64,000 nt of DNA from Selaginella moellendorffii (lineage: Eukaryota > Plantae > Lycopodiophyta). Positions 35,501 to 46,473 of the stretch are shown piece by piece. The notes under the pieces were generated by a model. That model saw nothing but the letters and a program-made list of their open reading frames with translations, searched no databases and was not told the DNA's origin. Location of the stretch: NCBI RefSeq assembly GCF_000143415.4, contig NW_003314314.1:749771-813770 (forward strand), written 5' to 3'. Position numbers and translations under genes: made by a program. Every line of letters starts with the position of its first letter. Within the stretch, counting starts at the first letter, position 1.

Positions 35501-35605
35501 ACCCTGATTGCGCCGCCCAGCGGCATTCTTCCTCCTCACACCTCCTACCTCGCGCAAGCTGGGAATCGTCCTGTATCGCCTGAGAAGAGCGCGCCGCAAG
35601 AGCAT
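32582..35605 (-). CDS. PLS-class PPR-DYW C-to-U RNA-editing factor (WW-type PG box; ends in EFW)
   Basis: PLS array, E1/E2, KKPGQSWW, HSERLA (HxE), CEDCH (CxxC), RFHVFRDGACSCGEFW. Confidence 0.95.
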   Translation of the reverse strand: MLLRRALLRRYRTIPSLREVGGVRRKNAAGRRNQGASGQQDPIGVYDQLRGDGIMPSNAVILAALKACTSARDLATGIRILGEILEEHGSDGNGEEKKGLHIFVANTVLDMFAKCGSLDRAREFFEKMPNRTVSSWNTMIMGFVQADQGELALEFFAEMQEKGFVPDPRTFVAALKACTSLALKEQAKQVDGNLVKVESLKRGAALHSELASRGHETNIYVSSTLVDMYSKCGSMVQTKRVFDRMQRHDVVSWNAIITGYAQSGDANEAFNLFSAMQERGFQPDARTFVAALNACSTLAAADPRTKLREICLERGRAIHAQLSSSGYEHDIFVANTLLDMYAKCGSVREARRVFDCMEKRDLVTWNSIIMGYAACGDGETALRLFTRMQDQAGLVPDSRTFVAAINACTAIAAREDATEVGGRHVKAESLERARRIHSQVSKSSCELDMFVASSLVDMYAKCRSMEDAGKVFNRMPRHDLVSWTAMIWGHAESGDGDFALSSFARMQEEGFVPDGRTYVTAVNACTSLAAKETGKQVDGRIVKAESLKKGLEIHTQLRKAGYESDMIVANNLLDMYVKCGSVPDARQLFERMKLRDVVSWTTMIWGCAQSGEADLALQYYARIREEKLVPVTPPIFVAALKACGRLPDLEAGKNVHDEIRKAGLENDRLVVNSLVAFYGRCGSMVEAQQVFDASTARDLVTWSTLMAGYSHQCDAKQAFELFERMRRENVRPDTITFVHLLSLCSHAGLVDEGKLYFEMMSREFSIAPLLEHYTCMVDLLGRANQLEKAVEMLETMPFKPDTTVWMSVLAASRKWSNVRVGRLAFDSVVSLDDKDAGAYSLMASIYASAGMWEESGEIRSLRRAARAWKKPGQSWWIDGAGTVHRFSAGDSSHPQAEEISARLKAVTLRMKEEGGYVPDTKSVVHDISEEEKESALCGHSERLAIACALVNSVAGTDIRISKNLRVCEDCHRATAVISKLERRTIVCRDSSRFHVFRDGACSCGEFW

Positions 35606-35947
35606 GGAGCCAGGCGCCCCTCGCACCAAGCTCCAAGAACCCTAAAACCAAGTAACCCTAAAATCCACAAAGTTAAAATTTGGCGCGCAAAAGTGTTTTA
35701 ATTTTAGGGTTCTTGGGCGCGCGCTAAACATTCCCTTCCTTTATAAAACTGCTATAACTAATCCGGCGAGGCGGCGCATCTTGCTTTCACAATCTCCCCA
35801 CTGTGGCGAGCGTTTCGTTACCGTTTAACACCCTCCCATGCTCTCCATGCAACGGAAATTCCGGCTGGCCACCATTTAAATCCAGCGCGATGGCATCTCA
35901 GCCCAGATCGATCGCTAACATACCACTATCCATCAATCTCTCCTTCC

Positions 35948-36778
35948 ATGGCGCTAGAGCTCCACTCGCTCATCCTTTTCTTCTTCATGGCTTTGCTATG
36001 CTGCTACGCTCTGGAATCTCGAGGTAAGCAGCAGCTCCCTCCACTCTCGATCGCCCAGTATCGATCTTAACTTTCGTTGGTTTTTTCGTTGCCAGATCCA
36101 GGAACTTCGCGTAAACTTCTTCTCCGCGATCGCGAGGAACAGCCGGAGAGGCTCATTCCTTCCGGCCCCTCGGATCCAAAGCAGTACCAAAACTCGATCA
36201 GTCAGGCGGCTTGCCGCAAAGAATTCGGCGTCGGGATCCCTGCGCCACCCTCCGGCAATCACCACCTCGAGCGAGAAGTTCCCACTGGACCGGAAGATCC
36301 ATTCCAGCGCCTCAAGGACTTCGTTGCGTGCTGGAACTCGGCCGTCGGCAAGCCTCACCACGATGTCTTGACGCATCGATCTCAATCCATCCCAGTAACT
36401 TCATCTTCTTCCAAGGACTCCATCCCATTTCCACCAGCAGCTTCTTCTTCCAAGAATTCTATCCCAGTTCCAGGAGCAGCTTCTTTTTCCAAGGATCCTA
36501 TCCCAGTTCCAGCAGCAGCTTTTTCGTCCAAGGATTCTATCCCAGTTCCTTCTTCTTCTTCCAAGGATTCTATCTCAGTTCCAGCAGCAACTTCTTCCAA
36601 GGATTCTTCTCAATCTGGTCCAGCAACTTCTTCCATAAATGCTATCCCAGCAGCTCGTTCTATCCCACCTCGAACTTTCAAGGACGATCCTTCCAGCAAG
36701 CAGCTCAATGCCATCCAACCCGAGAGGCAAGTTCCCTCTGGAGCCGATCCGATCCATCACAAATCCCTGGAACCCTGA
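35948..36778 (+). CDS. Secreted CLE (CLAVATA3/ESR) peptide precursor with extra CLE-like motifs; exons 35948-36023 and 36096-36778
   Basis: Signal peptide MALELHSLILFFFMALLCCYALES; phase-1 GT-AG intron; C-terminal CLE dodecamer RQVPSGADPIHH (36725-36760). Confidence 0.85.
36383..36660 (+). repeat. Coding tandem repeat, roughly 33-39-bp units (KDSIPVPAAASSS-like), about 6-7 copies
   Basis: Recurrent ccaaggattctatcccagttccagcagcagcttcttctt-like units. Confidence 0.85.
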
Positions 36779-36994
36779 TACTCTAGCTGACACTTTTTTC
36801 TATCGTATCCCTTTGTTTTCCTGTCGCCGAGCCAAAGTTTTGCTAGAGAGACTAGCTTGGCCTGTAAAATTTTCTCTAACCATTAGAGAAGGAAAAGAAT
36901 ACGAGAAAGTATCTTGTAGACAACGTACCTCGTCAATCTCAAACCGAGGACATGCATCTGTTGGAGAAATATAAATTTCGCCTCCATTGGATAG

Positions 36995-39318
36995 TTAGCT
37001 CCTAAGAGGTGAGCTACTGTAGCCCGGATGTTGCTGCGAGCGTAGAATCATTCCAGTCATGGAAGGCGTCTGATAGTCTCGATTGTATGAGTATCCTCTC
37101 GTCGTGGCTCGCTGTGAGAAATGCGAGCTTTGAGCCGAGAGAATGTATGCTCGACCACTTCTCTCGTAGAGCTGCCTGTTTCCAATCCTCTCCTGGATTT
37201 CTCCAAGCTCGGACTCAAGCGCCTTGGAGAGTTTGTCACCACCTTGCAACGAAAGCGAGGCTTGGATTAGCTGCTGAGTTGCTCGAAGACACGTCTGAGC
37301 TGCCTCGATGTCACCGGAATCTGCCAAAAAACCAGCCTCGGAGATCGTCTTTGCTGCCAGCAGCCGGTTCCTTTGTCGATCAACTTCCACGCTAACATGT
37401 TGCCGGTTGGCGCTCACGAAATCCGGACGAGCGATCGAGAGCTTCCGGGACGCAGTGTGAAGCTTCTCTCCACGCACTGGATCGGTGAAAGAGCACCTAG
37501 CTTCGAGGATAAACTGTTCCTTGAGGCTGAAGTTGAGTGCCGGGAGCCTAATCTCCAGAAGAACGTCTCGTTCCTCGTCGGCATAGAGATCCCCCAGCTT
37601 CACGGTTGCTCGTGACGAATCCTCCACGACCGAGCTCCTGTAGCTGCCAGCATGAACGCTCGTTATCCGAGACCCTCCGGCTTCACATCCTCCAACGTTC
37701 GTGGAGACTACCAGCTGAACGTCCTGGACGACAACGCTTAGAAGTCCCCCGACGCACTGAGCAAAAGCGTCCTGGACGCCACCTTCTGCCTGGATAAACG
37801 AGAAGGTTCCTCCCGAGACTTGAGAAATGGAGTGCATGGTCGCAGCGTCGTGATCAGCTCCGAATCCGAAAGTGTGGACTGGAATGCGTGGCGATATCTG
37901 TCCGGTGTTGCTCAATCGTCGTGACAGTAGCTTGTGACGGTGGAAGCTGGAGCTTGGAGAGGAGTTGAAAACCTGGCCCCGAGTTCCCAGCGAGTAAGTG
38001 TCATGTCCGTCGGAGAGCAGCATTATACTCGCGACTGGATTCTTGTGCTGCCTCTCTTCCAAAACTTTCGATCCTTTGCGCAGCCCCTCGGCAATGTTCG
38101 TTCCTCCGGTGCAAACCAACGTCTCCACTGCTCGCAGCGCGAACTGCCGGCCTTCCTCCACCATAGTCTTGAGCGGGAAGAGCCTCTTTGCCGACGAGGA
38201 AAACACCACCACCGAGAGACGGTCCCGGGAGCTTAAGTTGCGGATCACAAACGCCATTGCTCGCTTGAGGAGCAAGAGCTTTGTCCCTGCCATGCTTCCG
38301 CTCACGTCCAGGACTGTCACTAGATCGATCGGCGCTCGATCCAAGACTGCTGGTTCTGTCCCGGAATCGAGAAGCTCCGGAGCTTTGACGTGAACCAGGA
38401 CGTTGAAACTGTTCCGCTGCTCCGAGAATGACACGCTGCCAACTTCTGCGTAAGCGCTGAGCTCGAGCTTGGATCTTTGCTCGGACGAAGTCACATTTTC
38501 TGGAAACTCATCGTCGCAAGAGCCTTGGTTGGCGAGAGCTTCGTCATCGTCGTAAACGAGAGGTTCTATGACTTGATGCTGCTGCTGCTGTTGCCTCGAG
38601 GGTGGCGACGCTCGACTGATTTCTTGAGTGGCATTGGCGTTTGCGATCGACTCGTCAATGATTCGTATGACGGGGTCCTGTTCCTCGTGTTGTTGTTGTT
38701 GTTCTTGGCGGAGAAGCTCGTTGAAACTTGGCAGCGGCGATGGTGGTGGGATGATGAGTGGCGGCGGCGGGGTCGAGGATCTCTTGGGCTTGTTCGTGTC
38801 TGGAAGAGGGCCGTGCCATGGAACTTCCTTCCACCGGGATCGACACACGGGACACACCATGTTGCCGTGCTTCACGTTGGACGCAATGCACGAGAAGTGG
38901 AAGGTGTGCGAGCACTCGGCTGTGAAGAGTGCCTGTCCAACCCCGGTTTTGATAGCTTCCAGGCAGATCGGGCAAGAACTCTGCAAGGAATCACACAAAG
39001 AACGATCAAAGATCGCGAAAAAAGAGAAGAGAGAGAGACAACTAAGAACGCTACCCACAGCTCGACTCGACTAGAAAGAAGAAAACTATGATAAATATCT
39101 TCTCGATCGAAAAGGAGGAATGCTTCTAATCCAGAGGAGAGCTTTGGATCTAGCTCTAAGAAGCATACCTTGATGGATGATCGTGCCGGCGTTGCCGGCC
39201 GGCCTTGGAAATCCCATTCTTCGTCGGATGGAAAGCCCTCGGAATCGGCCGGGAATGTCCAAGAACACATTCGCAATCCAAGAACGCTCCTGGCGACGCT
39301 CCAGACCTTCTTCCCCAT
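36995..39318 (-). CDS. RING-H2 + von Willebrand A E3 ubiquitin ligase (WAV3/EDA40-like); exons 39318-39169 and 38980-36995
   Basis: CPIC...ECSHTFHFSC...CPVC; RAPIDLVTVLDVSGSMAGTKL; LLSDG; FGFGADHD; ELYADEER-like motif; QRATTRG. Confidence 0.9.
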
Positions 39319-40462
39319 TTTGCTTTCCCTGCTCGAGCCGCTCTCCCAACCGATGCTCCTAGCCTATCACTCGTCAGGAGAAATCCCCGGCATTGCCGCT
39401 GGAAGATCACAGGAAGCGATCAAGAAGAAGGAGAGGAGGCGATCGATCCATGACGCGCAAGAATGCCGGAATGTCAAAGCTGGATACTCGGGCCGCGCAG
39501 TGCGCCCTGGTCGTGCGTAGATAGCTGAGACACGATCGAAAGAGCGAACAGTAGCTCTCTCCCTCTCGCCTCTCTTTGGTCAAACCTAGGCCCCAGAGCC
39601 AGAGAGATCATACGTGGCACTACACGCAGAGTAAAGATATCTACGTGTCTGCTATCGTGGCAAGTGGTATATTCTAAGCTGACTTAGGGCAAAATCTTAC
39701 GTTACACTAAATAGTTTTAAAAAGAGATACTTATTTACTCCGACGTAGGGCAGGTTTTTGAGAGCGTGGCTCCATGTCACGACCAATTGTTCTTCTTCCA
39801 TCTTCGCCCTCTCCAACACCGGATGTTTCAAGCCACGATATCGTGCTTGGTCATGGCGATTCACCCTCGCGAGGTCCCTGTCTTGGATCAAACAAGTCGC
39901 TACTGGGGCGAGAAGGTGAGACAAATGTAGTCGCTCTAGGATTCTAACGATTGTCTTGGCTTGGTTGATCAACACACACGATCGTGATCTTCTAGGCTAT
40001 ATACTTTAAAGTGTTCATCTTTCTGATCGTAGATAGAACTAGAAAGAGGAAAATTGCCTTTAAGAAATTCCATAGAACGTTTTCTAAAAAATTTAAGTTG
40101 TATTATATATGGGAGAACTCGATAATGCTAATAAGAAGTTTATTTCTCGTCTATTCTCAAATCAGCAGCTTTGAAGCTAAAATCCCCTCAAATATATGGC
40201 TAAGATGAAATACTTTATGCCTTGTGTCTTAAACTATTATAATGCCAAATACAATGGAAATGTAAATGAGGAGAGTCAAAGATTTGAAGACAAAAGAAGA
40301 TTTTAGAAAGAACAGTTTGTGACAGGTATTGTTGGTTACAAAGTTCTCGTTGTCACAGATCAGACAATTTATGTAATTTTAGATGGGAACACTGTTGAGT
40401 TTTTTTTTTGGAGTTTTTCTTGTTATATTTTATTTACTTATAAATACAATTAGCAACAATTC

Positions 40463-42232
<1,770 letters not shown>

Positions 42233-42336
42233 CTAACATTGTTTGTCCCCTTTATAGTCCTCAGCCTATTTTTCCTTTTCGTGAGACCTTTTCTAAAGGG
42301 CGATTGAAAAATGTTACCATCTTTTAAAACCATGTA

Positions 42337-45234
42337 TCAAGAAGCTTGAGTCTGTGTGTAGATGTTGGACAAAACAACGTAAGCAGCCGGGATGGATGGA
42401 TCCAGCAGCGTGATCCGACGAGCAGCACGCTTCCCCCTCTCCGGATTCCCATGCATCCGGCACGCTGCAAGCAAAGTCATCCAGACTTTGCTATCCGATC
42501 GAGACGGGAGACGATCCACGAGCTTCTCGGCGAGATCCAAATGCCCAGCTCGTCCCAGCACGTCGATGATGCAGTTGTAGTGCTCCAGCCGGGGACTGAT
42601 GCCATAGTCATCGATCATGGAGACGAAGTACTTGCACCCCTCCTCGAGGAGGCCCGAGTGGTCGCAGCCCGAGAGGATGCTCAAGAACACAACGTCGTCG
42701 ACTTTCACTCCCTCCTGTTCCATGATCTTCACCAGCTTGAGCGCCTGCTCGATCTCGCTGTGCTGCGCGTAGGCCACGATCAAGCTCGTCCAAGTCACCA
42801 CGTCCCTGTGAAGCATCCCGTCGAAGATCTTCCGCGCTTCTTGGAGGCTGCCACACTTTCCATACATGTTGACGAGCGCCGTGGCTGCTACCGTGTCGAG
42901 CCGGTTGGAGAAGCCGTGATCGAGCATGTAGCCGTGGATGAGTTTGCCGTGAGCGAGGCCTCCCGCGAGGCCAGAGCACGCGTCTAGAGCAGCAACGTAC
43001 GTGACTTTGTCTCGAGCCACGTCCATCTTCCAAAACATCTCCACCGCGTCCCGGTTGAGGCCCTTCTCAACGTAAGCCGCGAGGATGGTGTTCCAGGAGA
43101 CGGTGTTCCTCTCGGCCATGGCATCGAAGACGTTTCTCGCTGCTTCGTGATCGCCAAGCTTCGCGTACATGAAGATGAGCGCGTTTGCAACGCCGGTCCT
43201 CTTGTCGAAGCCGCTCTCCACGACCATCTGGTGGATGCTGCTCCCTTCTTTGGCATTTGCTTGCTTCGTGCAAGCGTCGAGCATGCTGATGCACGTAACT
43301 TCGTCTGGTCTCGAGCCTTCCAGCTTCATCCTCTGAAAAAACTTGTGAGCGTCGGCATGGCAGCCGTGCTGAATCGCGGCCGACATCAGTGAGTTCCACG
43401 ACACGCTGTTCCGTGACGGCATCTCCTCGAACATCTTTCGTGCGGCGTCCAGGGAGCCACACTTTGCGTACATCGCTGTGAGAGAGTTGTGGACGATGAT
43501 GGACTCGAATCCAAGCTGGGAGATCCAGTCGTGCAGCAGGATCCCCTGAGCCAAGTGTGCTGGACTGCTGCAAGTCCCAAGCATGAGAACGAACGTTACC
43601 GCGTCTGCCTTGACGCCTTCGAGCTGCATCTGCTGGAAGCTCCGCAAAGCCTGGAAGTGATCGCTGTACCGAGCATAGGCTCCGATTATTGTGTTCCAGG
43701 CGATGGTGTTCCTCTCGTGAACTTCACAGGAACTTCGCTTCACGTCTTCAAGGCTGCCACACTTTCCATACATCCCCAGCAGGAAACTCTTGACAACCTC
43801 GTCCCGGTCGAGTCCCATGTCGACAACGCTGCGATGGATAGACTTGCCTTCGCCCAAGTCTTCTTCGCTCGAGCACGCGTTGAGCAACGTAGCGTAAGTC
43901 ACCTTGGTTGGCGAAAGCCCATCTTGCTGCATTCGCCAAAGGCATCTCAGTCCTTCCTTGCAGTCTCCACTCTGAGCATACCCCGATATCATAATGTTCC
44001 AGGAAATCACGTCCCGCTTGGGCATCTCACGGAGCACTACATCGGCTTCGTCAACACCCCCGGTCTTGCAGTACATGTCCACGAGAGCATTTCCCAGCGA
44101 GGTATCCAAACTCATTCCAGCTTCCAAAACATATCCATGGACCTGTCTCCCATCTGTTAAGTTGCAAGCTCTCAGCACGGCCACCATGGTGATCAAGTTC
44201 GGACGGATCCCTTCGAGCTCCATCTTCCGGAACAGTAACACGGATTCTCTTCCCAGGTGACCATACTGCGCAAAGTTCCCGATGACGGACGTCCAGGAAA
44301 CCACGTTTGGACTCTCCATCCTGCTGAAGAGCTGGAAGGCGTCTTCGGGGCTTCTACACTTTCCATACATGTTGATGAGAGCATTTGCCGCATAAATGTC
44401 GGTCTCCAGCCCCAACTCGCGTATATGAGCGTGAACTTTTCTGCCATCTCCCAAGGCTCCCTCGACAGTGCAGGCTTTGAGACAGGTGACAAACGTAACG
44501 CTGTCCGGACGAACACCTTCCAGCTGCATTCTCTTGTAGAGTTCCAAAGCCTGCACAGCGTCGTTTTCAGAGTTAGCATAAGCTCCAAGCAACGCAGACC
44601 AGGCCGCTACATGCAAAGGATCGAGCTTACCAAAGACTTCTGAGGCAGCGTCCAAGTCCCCGCATTTTCCATACATGTTTACGAGCGCACTGCCCACCCT
44701 GCCGTTCCTTTCCAGTCCATACTCCACCAAGTTAGCGTGGATTTGCTTCCCATCTACGAGAGATCCGCAAGTAGTGCACGAACCGAGAGCTGTGACGAAG
44801 GCCACCCTGTCGACTTGGAAACCACGTAGCTGCATCTCTCTGAGTAACCGGATAGCTTCCTTGCAGTAACCATGCTGTGAGAAAGCTGCCATGTTCACGG
44901 TCCAAGTTACTACTGTCTGCCCTTGCATACTGTAGAGTGTTCGTCGAGCATCAGCTACAGAACCACACTTGAGATACATCTCAATGAGCCTGTTGCCTAG
45001 AAATGTGCCTCCGTCCAATCCTTGCCGCGATATATGTGCGTGAACCAGCTTTCCCTGTTGAAGGGCTCTGTGTTGGCCACATTCGCATATGATATCGGCA
45101 AGAGTGGCTGGAGAACCATTGTCAAGGCGCGCAAGCAGCTTACACTGCCACTCAGAGCGAGAGGAACTTCCATGACAGCGTAGAAAGATTCCTGGTTTTT
45201 GGAAAGCAATGTGCTTGCCCCTCAGCGGTCTCAT
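42337..45234 (-). CDS. PLS-class PPR protein with truncated E domain, intronless
   Basis: Transit-like N-terminus, more than 20 P-L-S motifs, EHYNCIIDVLGRAG, ends YVVLSNIYTQTQAS with no PG box or DYW. Confidence 0.92.
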   Translation of the reverse strand: MRPLRGKHIAFQKPGIFLRCHGSSSRSEWQCKLLARLDNGSPATLADIICECGQHRALQQGKLVHAHISRQGLDGGTFLGNRLIEMYLKCGSVADARRTLYSMQGQTVVTWTVNMAAFSQHGYCKEAIRLLREMQLRGFQVDRVAFVTALGSCTTCGSLVDGKQIHANLVEYGLERNGRVGSALVNMYGKCGDLDAASEVFGKLDPLHVAAWSALLGAYANSENDAVQALELYKRMQLEGVRPDSVTFVTCLKACTVEGALGDGRKVHAHIRELGLETDIYAANALINMYGKCRSPEDAFQLFSRMESPNVVSWTSVIGNFAQYGHLGRESVLLFRKMELEGIRPNLITMVAVLRACNLTDGRQVHGYVLEAGMSLDTSLGNALVDMYCKTGGVDEADVVLREMPKRDVISWNIMISGYAQSGDCKEGLRCLWRMQQDGLSPTKVTYATLLNACSSEEDLGEGKSIHRSVVDMGLDRDEVVKSFLLGMYGKCGSLEDVKRSSCEVHERNTIAWNTIIGAYARYSDHFQALRSFQQMQLEGVKADAVTFVLMLGTCSSPAHLAQGILLHDWISQLGFESIIVHNSLTAMYAKCGSLDAARKMFEEMPSRNSVSWNSLMSAAIQHGCHADAHKFFQRMKLEGSRPDEVTCISMLDACTKQANAKEGSSIHQMVVESGFDKRTGVANALIFMYAKLGDHEAARNVFDAMAERNTVSWNTILAAYVEKGLNRDAVEMFWKMDVARDKVTYVAALDACSGLAGGLAHGKLIHGYMLDHGFSNRLDTVAATALVNMYGKCGSLQEARKIFDGMLHRDVVTWTSLIVAYAQHSEIEQALKLVKIMEQEGVKVDDVVFLSILSGCDHSGLLEEGCKYFVSMIDDYGISPRLEHYNCIIDVLGRAGHLDLAEKLVDRLPSRSDSKVWMTLLAACRMHGNPERGKRAARRITLLDPSIPAAYVVLSNIYTQTQAS

Positions 45235-45290
45235 ATAAACAAGAATCACTAGCCGGGAAGCATCTCAGCGTCCCAGAATCAATGCAAACA

Positions 45291-46220
45291 CTAGTCAATA
45301 AATTCTTCCAAGAGACCCTGCAGAATAAAAAATCTATTGAGGATCAAAGAATCTAAAGGCATAAGAGTCTTACCTGCGAAATCAATGGTTCTGCTTCTGA
45401 TCGTTTAATCAAATGTATCGAGTTCCGAAGCAGCGACGTTGACTGATCGTCTAAGTACACATTTCCGACGTTCTCCAAAACTTTCACTTGAATGTAAGGA
45501 TCTTTTGGTGGTGACAAATCCTGCATACGATAAATGAAATAGTAAGAAAAAGGCTTCCAGATAAACATGAAAAAACATACCACTGAAAGATCAAGATCAA
45601 TGCTCGACATATAAACCCCCAGAGAATCTGAATACTGCTTGAAATAATTATTTTCCGAGTAGCTCAGCTTGCTCTGGATATCATCTGGAAGCACAGCACC
45701 AAGTTGCCATCGTAGTCTCTGAACCGTTTGAGCTCGATGGTAGCTGGAAAGAATAAAATGGAAGACAATTTAGGACTCAAGAACGAAAAAGAAACCAAGA
45801 AAAAAGAAAAAAGAACGGAGAGAGAAGCACAAACATGTAAGCTAGAAGGCATCGCTTATTACGAAGAATGCTCGTGTGATGCGTTAATCCTCCATAAAAG
45901 TCCGCATTCTTGGTGGTTTGAGCGTCCAATCCTTCTTCATGCATTTTCCTGTCTAAATTCTCACAGATCAGACAATAGAGGAATCGAGAGGCAAACGCGA
46001 AATGCCAGAAAATCGCCTCACTTACGTCAATCTGGCCTCGAGCTGCTCGAAATGCTCGCTCGTCTCGTTCAAAACCTGCTCGAAGAGATCATTCTACAAG
46101 AATGCCGGTATAAGCAGAGCAAATCTAGGCCATCTAGAAGCTCACATTGAACCGCGACAGCTGATCTTCCTCCGTGTGCAAGAGCTCGACGCACAGCTGT
46201 GCTCCTTTCCTCCCAAACAT
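45291..46220 (-). CDS. PSF1: GINS complex subunit 1, multi-exon
   Basis: MFGRKGAQL, HHTSILRNKRCLLAY, LRWQLGAVLP, YFKQYS, PPKDPYIQVKVL, RSEAEPLISQGLLEEF. Confidence 0.92.
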
Positions 46221-46473
46221 TCCCTTGGAAATAGGAGCCCTAATTGTGCCCTAAACCGGTAAAAAGGGTAATGTCCCAATAATTGTAAGAGGAACAAAAA
46301 GTTTGCAATGTTTTGGCGGATTCAGAGTCCAGTGTTCATATTGTGAATGTATAGAATATAGAAAAGGAATACATAAATATGCATATTCAATTAGCCCAAA
46401 AAGAGTTTTAACTGTTTTAGAACATTGTGCTAAATCAAATTGAAAGCTGAATAGTATGGAAAAGTATAAGACT

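Noticed and set aside
39697-39975. 92-aa minus-strand ORF between RING-vWA and DDX41
   Set aside because: It has a non-ATG start and no recognisable domain, and it lies in the probable promoter region of the RING-vWA gene (ABRE-like motifs at 39612 and 39643)
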